36,692 nucleotides of DNA from Corallococcus sp. CA047B (GTDB taxonomy: Bacteria > Myxococcota > Myxococcia > Myxococcales > Myxococcaceae): positions 1 through 36,692 of the forward strand of contig NZ_RAWD01000050.1 of assembly GCF_003612065.1 (NCBI RefSeq), read 5' to 3'. The notes below the pieces were generated by a model. It did no database searches and had not been told where the DNA came from. It saw nothing but the letters and a program-made list of their open reading frames with translations. The number at the start of each line of letters is the position of its first letter. The first letter of the stretch is position 1. Both the position numbers and the translations under genes were made by a program. This document shows positions 15,480 to 24,790 of this stretch, in pieces.

Positions 15480-17828
15480 TCAGGGGGTGTAGAGGAGGGC
15501 CGCGTTGACGCTCGCCCCCGCGTCCCGGTCGTACCCGCCAATGAAGAGCACCTTGCCGTTGGGCAGCAGGGTGGTGCCCATCGAATAGCGGTTCGACGCC
15601 ATGCTGATGGAGAAGGACGTCGTCCCGGTGGCCGGATCGAAGAGCTCCGTCGTCAGGCCCACCAGGGAGTTGCCTCCCGCCAGCAGGAGCTTCCCCGAGG
15701 CCAACTGGACGATGGAGGACGTCGGGCGGTCGTAGCTGAAGTTCCCCGCCGTCGTCTGGACGTTGAGCACGGGGTCATACAGCGCGATCAGGGTGGTGCT
15801 CCCGGCCAGCAGGAGCTTGCCCGACGGCTGCAGGAAGGCGTGCGTGAAGTTGCGGTTGATGAGCCCCGTGGCGTTGCTCCAGGTGTTGGTGGCCGGATCA
15901 TAGAACTCCGCCGGGGAGTTGCCGCCCAAGACGAGGATCTTGCCCGACGGCAGCAACACCGCCAGGTGGCCCGTATGGACGAAGGTCGAGGCCGCCACCG
16001 GCACGAACGTCATCGTCGCGGGGTCGAACAGCTCCGGGATGCGATTGCTCGCGGTGTCGCCCGACGTGTTTCCGCCGATGATGAGCACCTTGCCGTTGGG
16101 CAGCAGCGTCGACGTGTGGCTCCCGCGCGCGAACGCCATGGTCGGCCCGGCCGTCCAGGTGTTGGTGGCGGGATCGTAGAGCTCCACGTTGCGCAGCGGG
16201 GTGGTGCTTGGGTAGAGCCCGAAGCCTCCCGTGACCAGGAGCTTTCCGGAGGGCAGCAGGGTCACCGCCGGCGAGTAGTGCGCCGTCCCCATGGAGGTGG
16301 CCGGGGCCCAGGTCGCCGTGGCGGGATCATAGATTTCGCCGGACACCAGGACGGGGTTCGACACGGTCACTCCCCCGAAGACGAAGATCTTGCCGGAGGG
16401 CAGGGGGATGACGCTCGCGCCGAAGCGACGGACCGTCATGGCGGCCGTGGCATCCCACCGCGCGACGGTGCTCTCCGGAGGCGGGGTGCAGGTCGGCACC
16501 CCCACCACGGCGACGCTGAAGCTCGTGGACGCGGAGAAGCCCAACGCGTTGGTGACGGTGGCGCTGATGGTGGGGCTGGGGCCATCGGGGATGCAGGCCG
16601 GGGCCTTCCAGGCGATCTCGCTGGAGGTGAACCCGGAGGTGGCCGTGCCCAGCGTGCCGTGGCTCGACGCCCAGGCGAAGGTGAGCGCGCTGCCATTGCC
16701 GTCCTCCGCGAGGACGCGGAACGTCACGGTGCCATTGCCCGCCACGGAGAGCGCGCTCTGGTTCGACAGGACGATGCGCGGGGGCACGTTGGCGACGGGA
16801 CCCGTGCCGACGCAGATGCGCAGGGTGCCCTGCGTCTGGCCGCCGTTCGGATCCTTCACGGTGACGGTGAGCGAGCAGTTGCCGCAGGACTCGCCGGCCG
16901 GCACCGCGCTCGGGGTGAAGGACGCCGTGCTGGCGGTGGCGTCGGTCCACGTTCCGGCGCAGGACGCCGTCCACTGGTAGGTCAGCGCATCGCCGTCCGG
17001 ATCCGTCACGTCCGCGACCACGGTGGTGCTCTGGCCCACCGGCAGCGGGGACTGCGACGCGGTGACGCGGTTCACGGCGGGGGAGACGTTGAAGGTCACG
17101 GACACCTGGGCCACGCCCGAGTCCGGTCCGCCGTCCGTCGAGATGACCGTGATGTTGATGCGGATGACCGCGGCGGCGCCGCGCGAGTCGGTGACCGTCA
17201 GCGTCAGCGTGACGACGCCCGGCGTCGCGGGGGCCGTCCAGGTCGTCGAGGCGAGCGCGGCCGAGCCGAAGGTGCCGCCCGTCGCCGTCCACGCATAGGT
17301 GAATGTGTCCGAGGTGTCCGGGTCATGCGCGGTGGCCTGGAGGGACAGCGTGCCCCCGGGCAGCACGGTGCTGGCGGACGCCACCAGCGAGTCGATGCAG
17401 GGCGCGGAGTTGTCGAAGGGCCCGGGCACATTCAGGGCCTGGAGCGTGATGGCGACGACCGACGTGGTGCCCGCCGTGATGGTGACATCCGTTGCCGCGC
17501 CGCGGTAGCGCAGCGAGCCGTCCGCCGCGAAGGCCTCCGCGGTGAAGGTTCGCTGGGTGCCCGCGGGGACCTGGTACAGCGTGCCACTCCAGCTGTCCGC
17601 GCTCTTCGTGAGCACGGCCGTGGACGAGGGCACGCCCGTGGCCGTCAGCGTCACGGTCACCCGGGTGACCTCATCGCCCGCGAGCGCCTGGGGCACCGCG
17701 CTGATGAACCGCACGTCTCCGGTTTCGGGCACGGGCTCGGCGGTGTCAGGGCTGCAAGCCATGACAACCATTGCAAAGCTGGTTACCATGTAAAGCATAA
17801 CGCTAGACAGAGGGGTCTGCCGACGCAT
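15480..17828 (-). CDS. lipoprotein with N-terminal Ig-like (BIG/PKD-type) domains and a C-terminal Kelch-repeat beta-propeller
   Basis: MRRQTPLSSVMLYMVTSFAMVVMAC signal plus lipobox, with AGGAAGG RBS. About four Ig-like modules (…TYAWTATGGTF…, …TYQWTASCAGTWTD…, FAWASSHGTLG). Then six or more Kelch motifs (YDPATATW, YDPATNTW, FDPATMTF, YDPATNTW, FDPATGT; G-G pairs). Confidence 0.8.
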   Translation of the reverse strand: MRRQTPLSSVMLYMVTSFAMVVMACSPDTAEPVPETGDVRFISAVPQALAGDEVTRVTVTLTATGVPSSTAVLTKSADSWSGTLYQVPAGTQRTFTAEAFAADGSLRYRGAATDVTITAGTTSVVAITLQALNVPGPFDNSAPCIDSLVASASTVLPGGTLSLQATAHDPDTSDTFTYAWTATGGTFGSAALASTTWTAPATPGVVTLTLTVTDSRGAAAVIRINITVISTDGGPDSGVAQVSVTFNVSPAVNRVTASQSPLPVGQSTTVVADVTDPDGDALTYQWTASCAGTWTDATASTASFTPSAVPAGESCGNCSLTVTVKDPNGGQTQGTLRICVGTGPVANVPPRIVLSNQSALSVAGNGTVTFRVLAEDGNGSALTFAWASSHGTLGTATSGFTSSEIAWKAPACIPDGPSPTISATVTNALGFSASTSFSVAVVGVPTCTPPPESTVARWDATAAMTVRRFGASVIPLPSGKIFVFGGVTVSNPVLVSGEIYDPATATWAPATSMGTAHYSPAVTLLPSGKLLVTGGFGLYPSTTPLRNVELYDPATNTWTAGPTMAFARGSHTSTLLPNGKVLIIGGNTSGDTASNRIPELFDPATMTFVPVAASTFVHTGHLAVLLPSGKILVLGGNSPAEFYDPATNTWSNATGLINRNFTHAFLQPSGKLLLAGSTTLIALYDPVLNVQTTAGNFSYDRPTSSIVQLASGKLLLAGGNSLVGLTTELFDPATGTTSFSISMASNRYSMGTTLLPNGKVLFIGGYDRDAGASVNAALLYTP

Positions 17829-17979
17829 CGCACCTTCCTGGTGGGGGAGAGTGTTTCGATCTACCAGATTGAATCAGGAAACACAGACTGTGATTGCATT
17901 GGAGGCGGGTGTCTGTTCAAACCCTTCGGGTCGGTGGTTACCCTGGACGTCGGTTGGGAGGGCGCTACGCTCCGGAGCC

Positions 17980-20664
17980 ATGAACCGACTCCTCCTGTCG
18001 CTTGTTGTCGCGGTGACCGTCCGCTGTGCCCACGCGCCGGAGGCCGCGCCCCCGGCCGCCGCGCCTGCCACCCTCGCATGGCCGGAGCCCCGGCCTCCCG
18101 TGCTGCGGCTGCCGGACACGGTGCGGCCCCTGCGCTACGCATTGGACCTGAAGCTGCTGCCCGCGGAGGCCACCTATCCGGGCAGCGTGAGCATCGACGT
18201 GGAGGTGCGCGAGCCGGTGCGTCAGGTGTGGCTGCATGGCCAGGACCTGGAAGTGACGCGCGCCAGGGTGACGGTGGGCGGCCGCACCTTCGACGCGAAG
18301 CCCGTCTCCGAAAGTGAAGGACGGCTGGGATTGCTGTTGCCGGAGGAGCTGCCCGTGGGCACGGCGACGCTCACCCTGGACTTCACCGGCAAGGTGGACC
18401 GCGAGCGCAGCCAGGGTGTCTATGGACAGGCGGAGGGCGGTGAGTCGTATCTCTACACGTTCTTCGAGCCCATCGACGCGCGGCGTGCCTTCCCGTGCTT
18501 CGACGAGCCGGCCTTGAAGGTGCCCTGGAAGCTGCGCCTGACGGTGAAGGCGGGGCACGTGGCCCTGGCCAACCATCCCGTCGTCTCGCGCGAGCCCGTG
18601 GCGGACGGGCTGGAGCGCGTCACGTTCGCGGAGAGCCGGCCCATGCCCAGCTACCTGGTGGCGTTCATCGTGGGGCCGTTCGACGTGGTGGAGGCGGGCG
18701 CGGTGGGGCGCGCGAGCGTGCCCCTGCGCTTCATCGTGCCGAAGGGGCGGGGCGGGGAGACGCGCTACGCCGCGAGCGTCACGCCTCGCATCGTGAAGGG
18801 CCTGGAGGACTTCTTCGACCAGACGTATCCCTACGAGAAGCTGGATGTGGCGGTGGTGCCCCGGTACTGGGGCACCATGGAGCACCCGGGCCTCGTGGCG
18901 CTCGGGCAGCCGTTGACGCTGATTCCTCCCGGGGAGGAGACGCTGAACCGGCGCCGTTCCTATGCGGTCATCGCCAACCACGAATTGGGGCACTACTGGT
19001 TCAGCGCCGTCGTCACCAATGCCTGGTGGGATGACATCTGGTTGAACGAGTCGTTCACGGCGTGGCTGGATCGGCAGACGGTGGACCGGCTGGAGCCGTC
19101 CTGGAGCTTCCAGCAGGAGCGGGCCATGTCCGCGACGGAGTCGGCGTTGGCTTCGGATGCGCTGGAGGCCGCGCTGCCGGTGCGCAAGCCGGTGGCGAGC
19201 AACGACGACATCGTGGGTTCGTTCGACAATGGGACGACGTATGACAAGGGCTCGTCCGTCATCGCCATGTTCGAGGCGTGGCTGGGGGCGGAGCGCTTCC
19301 GCGACGTGATGCGAAGCTATGTCCGCAAGCACGCGTGGGGCGCCGTGACGACGGAGGACTTCCTGGCGGAGGTGTCCCAGGCGGCGGGGCCGGAGGTGGC
19401 GAGCTCCTTCAAGGGCTTCATCGAGAAGGGCGGGGCGCCACGAGTGTCCGCCCAGGTGACGTGCCCGGCGGGGGGCGCGCCGACGGTGAAGCTGTCGCAG
19501 GAGCGGTATCTGCCCGCCGGCTCCCGGGCGAGCACGCAGCAGGAATGGCAGGTGCCAGTGTGTCTGCGCGCGGGGACGGGGACGCGGTCATCCCGGGTGT
19601 GCTCGATGTTGCAGGGGCCTTCGATGGAGGTGGCGCTGCCGACGAAGCAGTGCCCGGCGTGGGTCCTGCTCAACGCGGGCGGCACGGGGTACTACCGCGG
19701 TGGCTACTCGCGTGAGCAGCTCGCGAAGCTGCTGGCGACCCCGGCTTCGGCGTTCACGACGGGAGAGCAGGTGGCCCTCTGGGCGGACGTGGACGCGGCG
19801 GTGGGGCGCGGAGACCTGCCGCTCGGGGAGGCGCTGGAGGCCGTGCCTGCCACGGCGCGCTCGCCGGAGCGGCTGGTGGTGGAGAGCGGGGCCGCGCTGC
19901 TCTGGCAGGTGCGGCTGGACCGGCTGTCGGTGGAGGAGCGGAAGCGATTTCGCGCCTGGGTGGCGTCGCTCTATGCGCCGCGTGCACGGGCGCTGGGGTG
20001 GGTGTCGAGGCCCGGCGACGGTGACGACGTGAAGCAGTCGCGTTCGCTGTTCCTGCGGCTGGCGGGCGGGCTGGGTGAGGATCCGGCGCTGCTGAAGGAA
20101 GCCACGCCGTTGGTGCGTGCGTGGCTCGCGGACCGGAAGTCCGTGGACCCGGAGGCGCTGGCCAGCGCGCTGCCCCGGGCGGCGTCCCACGGCGATGCCT
20201 CGCTGTTCAATGCATTGTTGGAGGCCGCGAAGAAGGAGCAGGACCGCAACGAGCGCGTCCGGCTGCTGTCGGCGCTGAGCTATTTCCGGCAGCCGGAGCT
20301 GGAGCGACGGGCACTGGGATTGGTGGTGGGGTCGGACTTCGACACGCGGGATGCCCTGGCCATCCTGAAGATGTCGCTGAACATGCCGGAGACGCAGCCT
20401 CTGGCCTGGGAGTTCTACCGCCAGCAGTTCGACGTGCTCTCGCAGCGACTGCGCTCGGATGAGCAGGGTGGACTCATCAACCAGGTGGGCAATCTCTGTG
20501 ATGCGACCCAGCTCGCGGAAGCGGAGGCCTTCCTTGCGCCCCGCGTGAAGCGCGTGGAGGGCGGGCCGCGCGCACTGGCCCGGGCGCTGGAGTCCATCCG
20601 GCTGTGCATTGAATCCGCGAAGCTGCAGCAGCAGAGCGTCCAGGACTTCCTCCGCGCTCATTAG
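17980..20664 (+). CDS. secreted M1-family aminopeptidase N-like metallopeptidase
   Basis: MNRLLLSLVVAVTVRCAHA signal peptide. GTMEH (GxMEN-type exopeptidase motif). HELGHYWF (HExxH) with the downstream WLNESF glutamate (third zinc ligand), followed by a C-terminal ERAP1_C-like helical domain. Confidence 0.85.
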   Translation: MNRLLLSLVVAVTVRCAHAPEAAPPAAAPATLAWPEPRPPVLRLPDTVRPLRYALDLKLLPAEATYPGSVSIDVEVREPVRQVWLHGQDLEVTRARVTVGGRTFDAKPVSESEGRLGLLLPEELPVGTATLTLDFTGKVDRERSQGVYGQAEGGESYLYTFFEPIDARRAFPCFDEPALKVPWKLRLTVKAGHVALANHPVVSREPVADGLERVTFAESRPMPSYLVAFIVGPFDVVEAGAVGRASVPLRFIVPKGRGGETRYAASVTPRIVKGLEDFFDQTYPYEKLDVAVVPRYWGTMEHPGLVALGQPLTLIPPGEETLNRRRSYAVIANHELGHYWFSAVVTNAWWDDIWLNESFTAWLDRQTVDRLEPSWSFQQERAMSATESALASDALEAALPVRKPVASNDDIVGSFDNGTTYDKGSSVIAMFEAWLGAERFRDVMRSYVRKHAWGAVTTEDFLAEVSQAAGPEVASSFKGFIEKGGAPRVSAQVTCPAGGAPTVKLSQERYLPAGSRASTQQEWQVPVCLRAGTGTRSSRVCSMLQGPSMEVALPTKQCPAWVLLNAGGTGYYRGGYSREQLAKLLATPASAFTTGEQVALWADVDAAVGRGDLPLGEALEAVPATARSPERLVVESGAALLWQVRLDRLSVEERKRFRAWVASLYAPRARALGWVSRPGDGDDVKQSRSLFLRLAGGLGEDPALLKEATPLVRAWLADRKSVDPEALASALPRAASHGDASLFNALLEAAKKEQDRNERVRLLSALSYFRQPELERRALGLVVGSDFDTRDALAILKMSLNMPETQPLAWEFYRQQFDVLSQRLRSDEQGGLINQVGNLCDATQLAEAEAFLAPRVKRVEGGPRALARALESIRLCIESAKLQQQSVQDFLRAH

Positions 20665-20984
20665 GAGTCGCTGCGTGCTTTTGCGGGAGATCGCCTCTCA
20701 TCTCGCGAAGACTTGGCTTGACGCGTTATTGAAAGTGGATTGGGGGGCGTGTGCGCGATTGTGAGGGGGCAATGCCAGTTGATCTCGTAAGCGGGGTTTG
20801 CCGGATTGACAGGGGCGCGTTAGCTGTTGGATGCTTCGTCAATCTTGTGCGGGGCGGACTTGTGGGGGAGGAGGGCACCTTGGTGCCCTGTGCTGTCTGG
20901 AAGGTGCTTGTGTGAGTCGAATCCCTTCCCAGGCGCAGGCCAGGAAGGATCTGCTCCACTGCCCTCGGTGTTGCCAAGGCTGTG

Positions 20985-21917
20985 TCAGTCCCGTCGCGCT
21001 GAAGGTGGGGGCCCAGGTCGCCATCCACTCCAGGTGACGAGGACCGCCATCTGGTAGCCGACCGTGTACCAGGGGCCTTGTTCAGGACCGTAGAAGCGGG
21101 CGGCTTGCTGGCGCAAGGCATCTCCCTTGAGTCGGCCTTCGAGGATGCTCACGAAGAAGGCGTCCAGCTCCGCGAAGTGTTGGGGGAAGTTCGCGATGTC
21201 CCGGTCCCAGCGCTCCCGGTCCTCGACCTTGCTCACCGCATGGGGATGCGCGTCGGGTCCCCCCGCGGCCGCGAGCATGGCGAAGCCTTCTCCAAAGGCG
21301 CCCATCCATTGGCAGGTGTCCTGGACCTGCTGGGACTGCGTTTCGACCTTCGCGAGGAGGTCGGGACGCTTGCGCCCTCCAAGCCCCACGTGATGCGATT
21401 CGTGGGCGACCATGACCTCGAACTGCGGCTGGGTGAGGTTCGGATCGAGATACAGGAAGATCGAAGGCTCCTTGCCGCCCAGGTCGAAGACGAAGGAGTT
21501 GTCCTGTGGCTTGATCATCGGGCAGAGGGTGAACGATTGCGGACTCCCGGTGGGAAGGAAGCGCTGCACCTTGCGCGAGAGTGATTCCAGGTCCGTCTTC
21601 TTCCATTCCTGAAGGGAGCGGAGGAAGGTCGCTCGCTGGCTTCGCACTTCCGGATTCGTGAGGTGACGGCGGAACGCCTCCAGGTCGACTGTCCGAGGCG
21701 TTCCCAGTGTCTTGCCCAGCGCGACCTCTCGCGCTTCGAGCCGCACGAAGCACTTGCTGCGAAAGAGCTTCCTCCAGTCGGAGGGGCTGGCCGCCTCGCC
21801 TTTCTCCAGGATGGCGAGGGCCGCGTCTGCTTCGGAGGTGTCCCACCGGATGTCGAGCCGGGCCGCTGGCGTCGCGCCAAGAAGGTGTGCGGAGGTCATC
21901 AGGGAAAGAACAAGCAT
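20985..21917 (-). CDS. secreted hypothetical protein with an HESHH (HExxH) motif, possible zincin-like peptidase
   Basis: MLVLSLMTSAHLLGATPAA signal peptide and ...EVMVAHESHHVGLGG. No closer family recognised from memory. Confidence 0.55.
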   Translation of the reverse strand: MLVLSLMTSAHLLGATPAARLDIRWDTSEADAALAILEKGEAASPSDWRKLFRSKCFVRLEAREVALGKTLGTPRTVDLEAFRRHLTNPEVRSQRATFLRSLQEWKKTDLESLSRKVQRFLPTGSPQSFTLCPMIKPQDNSFVFDLGGKEPSIFLYLDPNLTQPQFEVMVAHESHHVGLGGRKRPDLLAKVETQSQQVQDTCQWMGAFGEGFAMLAAAGGPDAHPHAVSKVEDRERWDRDIANFPQHFAELDAFFVSILEGRLKGDALRQQAARFYGPEQGPWYTVGYQMAVLVTWSGWRPGPPPSARRD

Positions 21918-22023
21918 GGGGCCGCCTTGTGCATGAGCCTGAGCGGTGCGGATTCTATACCCGTTGGAAGGTGGCGGCTCATCCAATTCAATTCATGGCA
22001 GAGGTGCCACGGGCGGCGCCGGG

Positions 22024-22440
22024 TCAAGGCCCGTAGGGGCACAGCTTCAGCATCTCCGCGATGGGCGGACGGCAGAGCTGGACGAGCTGCGACTCATCCA
22101 GGAATGAAGACGTCCGTGCCTTGAGGAAGCACGACGCGGGATCATCCGACTGCGTGGCGTACTGGCAGAGCTGGAGCGCCTGCGGATCCGACAGGAAGCC
22201 TCCCTCCTGGACGCGGCGGAAACACCGGGCCGGGGCTTCGGAACGAGCCCCCTGACAGAGCTGGGCCGCGAGGGTTTCACTCGCGGCGCCTCCTCCCGAA
22301 CGGAGCTCCTCGAAGCAGGAGAACTGCGGCGACCCTTCGGACCCTTCTTCGGGCGGGTCCGCTGTCTGTCCCAACGCTGGAGACCCGAGCAGCAGGGCCG
22401 CCAGCCCCATGAGCCCTGCATTCCTGAACCCATCCCTCAT
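22024..22440 (-). CDS. small secreted cysteine-rich repeat protein
   Basis: Signal peptide MRDGFRNAGLMGLAALLLGSPALGQ. The mature part has three or four ~20-aa repeats of the form L(A/V)xQLCQ...(P/A)..CF (LAAQLCQGARSEAPARCF / ALQLCQYATQSDDPASCF / QLVQLCRPP...LKLC), with 8 Cys. Confidence 0.5.
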   Translation of the reverse strand: MRDGFRNAGLMGLAALLLGSPALGQTADPPEEGSEGSPQFSCFEELRSGGGAASETLAAQLCQGARSEAPARCFRRVQEGGFLSDPQALQLCQYATQSDDPASCFLKARTSSFLDESQLVQLCRPPIAEMLKLCPYGP

Positions 22441-22557
22441 CGTGCACCCCCGGAAAGAAGGTGGGGGAGTCATTGCCCGCATGCGACGGGGGGAGATGCC
22501 ACACACGGGGCTGTCCGAACGGAAGGCCTCTCGGAGACCTGTCGTCGCCCCTCCAGC

Positions 22558-22902
22558 TCAGCCGTGCACGGTGCGACTGTCGGCGGGCACGGCTGCCCGG
22601 TCCTTCAGGCCGTAATCCCTGACGACGTGGGCCACTCGCAGCCGGTAGTCGCGGAACACGGACTCTCTTCCTTCACTCTGGGCCTCACGGTGGGCTTCCA
22701 GGCGTCGCCACTCGGCCACCGCGGCCTCGTCACGCCAGTAGGACAGCGACAGCAACTTGCCCGGTTCGCTGAGACTCTGGAAACGCTCGATGGAGATGAA
22801 GCCATCGATGCCCGACAGCAGGGGCCGCAGGGCCGCGGCGAGGTCGAGGTACCGCTGGCGGTGGTCCTCGTGGGCCCAGACTTCGAAGATGACGGCGATC
22901 AA
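22558..22902 (-). CDS. antibiotic biosynthesis monooxygenase (ABM-domain) protein
   Basis: TTG start at 22902 preceded by GGGAGG (6-nt spacer); TTGA overlaps the upstream P450 stop. The 114-aa product IAVIFEVW...GFISIERFQS...LLSLSYWRDEAAVAEWRRLEAH is the ABM ferredoxin-like fold. Confidence 0.65.
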   Translation of the reverse strand: MIAVIFEVWAHEDHRQRYLDLAAALRPLLSGIDGFISIERFQSLSEPGKLLSLSYWRDEAAVAEWRRLEAHREAQSEGRESVFRDYRLRVAHVVRDYGLKDRAAVPADSRTVHG

Positions 22903-24044
22903 GACAGACCTCCCAGGATGCGAGCGTTGGTGGACGCACGCCAGGTGACGGATTGCGACAGAGGGGTGAGATCCAGGCCGCTCGCGAGCACCCGCTCCAC
23001 CGCCGCGGAGACCATCGTCACCGCGAGCGCCTGTCCCGGGCAGGCATGGGCGCCCAGTCCGAACGTGAAGGTCCGGCGGGCCTCGCGGCGGGGGAGGAAG
23101 GCGTCGGGCTGGGGATTCACGCGGGGATCGCGGTTCGCGGCGGCGAGCACGACGACCACCGTCGCTCCCGCTTCCAACTCCTGACCCGCGAGCGTCGCGC
23201 GCGCAGGGAGGAAGCGCCGGGTGTTCTGGACCGGCGACTCGTGGCGGGCTGCTTCGCGGACGACGTCTTCGAGCGAGCACTCACCCCGGGCAAGCTGCTC
23301 GCGCAGCTCGGGCATCCGCGCGAAGGCAATCAGTGAAGCCCCCACGAGGCCCGCGGTGGCTTCATACGCCTGGGTGAGCAATCCCACCGCGTTGGGCACG
23401 AGCGCTGCGATGGGTGCTCCCACCTGTTGCATCCGCGCGGCGAAGGCGCTCAACACCGCGGGGGTGCGAGGCCTTGCTTGAAGGCTGACGGCCACATGTT
23501 CAGTGAGCCGCGCGGCCGCCTCTGCTCCCGCGTGGCTCGCCGCAGGATGGGCGACCGAACGGACATAGGCCTCCACGTCCCGCGCGCGCTCCTCCAGCGT
23601 GTCCTCTGGAAATCCCAGCAGGGAGCCGAGCACGAGCACGGGGAACTGGAGCGCCAGCTCCGGCAGGCGCGACAGCCGGGACTCCGAGAAGAGCCGGGCG
23701 GCCTGGCGGTGGCCCTCCGTTGCCACCGCTTGCATCACCATGGGGAGCACGTCGGCCAGCGCCTGCTTCACGAGCGGGTAGGGCGCGGCGTCGTTCATCC
23801 GCACCAGCCGCCCGAAGAGCACGCCAGCGGCGGAATCCACCAGATGCAGGGGAACGGGCTCCGACGGGGGCCGCACCCGGCAATGCTCGCTCGTGAGCAC
23901 GGCCTGCACCGTGGCGGCATCCGCCGCGATCCACGGCTCGAAGCCCGGGATGCGCTGCAGGCCACCCTGTTCACACAGGGCGGCGTAGTACGGGTAGGGG
24001 TCGGGGTGGGTGACGGCCTGATACGGGTCGGTGGGCGGTGTCAT
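22899..24044 (-). CDS. cytochrome P450
   Basis: Heme-binding loop FTFGLGAHACPG (FxxGxHxCxG), I-helix-like AGLVGASL region, EARHESP (ExxR). GAGGA 5 nt upstream of the ATG at 24044. Confidence 0.85.
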   Translation of the reverse strand: MTPPTDPYQAVTHPDPYPYYAALCEQGGLQRIPGFEPWIAADAATVQAVLTSEHCRVRPPSEPVPLHLVDSAAGVLFGRLVRMNDAAPYPLVKQALADVLPMVMQAVATEGHRQAARLFSESRLSRLPELALQFPVLVLGSLLGFPEDTLEERARDVEAYVRSVAHPAASHAGAEAAARLTEHVAVSLQARPRTPAVLSAFAARMQQVGAPIAALVPNAVGLLTQAYEATAGLVGASLIAFARMPELREQLARGECSLEDVVREAARHESPVQNTRRFLPARATLAGQELEAGATVVVVLAAANRDPRVNPQPDAFLPRREARRTFTFGLGAHACPGQALAVTMVSAAVERVLASGLDLTPLSQSVTWRASTNARILGGLS

Positions 24045-24106
24045 CAGTCCTCGCTTCGGGCACTGTCCTCCTCCTGGACCCTCGCTGTGCTAGGAAACGG
24101 TTCGTC

Positions 24107-24790
24107 ATGGAACGAACGATGGATGCAGGGCCGGACCTCGCCGCGCTGGCGGGCGCCGTGGGGGATGCCACGCGGATCCGGATGCTGGAGCTGCTCATGG
24201 AGGGGCGGTCGCTCGTCGCCAAGGAGCTGGCCTTCGGCACCGGCGTCAGCCCCGCGACGGCCACCGTGCACCTCAAGCGCCTGGAGCAGGCCCGGTTGAT
24301 CCGCTCGACCCGCCAGGGGCGCAACAAGGTGTTCCGGCTCGCCACGCCCACCGTGGCGCGGATGGTGGAGGCGCTGATGACGGTGGCCGTCCGAGGACCC
24401 CGGGCCTCGGCCACGCCGGAGCCGCTCCGGGCCGCTCGCTACTGCTACGACCACCTGGCGGGAAGGCTCGGGATGGGCATCACCGATGCGCTCCTGCGCG
24501 GTGGGCACCTCTCCCTGCGGCGCCGCGCCTTCGCGCTGACCCCGAGCGGCGAGGATTGGTTCGAGGCCTTCGGCATCGAGCTGGCCCCCTTGAGAGAACA
24601 GCGCCGCCAGTTCGCCCACCGCTGTCTGGACTGGAGCGAGCGGCGCGACCACCTGGCCGGGGCGCTGGGGGCGGCGCTCGCCTCACGGGTGTTCTCGCTG
24701 GGCTGGGTGGAACGTCAACCCGACTCGCGCGGACTCGTCGTCACGCCCTCGGGCCAGCGGGGCCTGCGCCGTCACTTCGGCGCGCTGTGA
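24107..24790 (+). CDS. ArsR/SmtB-family winged-helix transcriptional regulator with a C-terminal extension
   Basis: IRMLELLMEGRSLVAKELAFGTGVSPATATVHLKRLEQARLIRSTRQGRNKVFRL is an ArsR-type HTH. The protein is 227 aa, so it carries an extra ~120-aa C-terminal domain. Divergent from the P450/ABM pair. Confidence 0.7.
   Translation: MERTMDAGPDLAALAGAVGDATRIRMLELLMEGRSLVAKELAFGTGVSPATATVHLKRLEQARLIRSTRQGRNKVFRLATPTVARMVEALMTVAVRGPRASATPEPLRAARYCYDHLAGRLGMGITDALLRGGHLSLRRRAFALTPSGEDWFEAFGIELAPLREQRRQFAHRCLDWSERRDHLAGALGAALASRVFSLGWVERQPDSRGLVVTPSGQRGLRRHFGAL

Noticed and set aside
15441-18317. 958-aa plus-strand ORF (and minus ORFs 16327..17292, 17965..19332)
   Set aside because: Antisense to the Kelch-lipoprotein and aminopeptidase N genes. 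Their Arg/Gly-rich composition is characteristic of GC-rich antisense frames.
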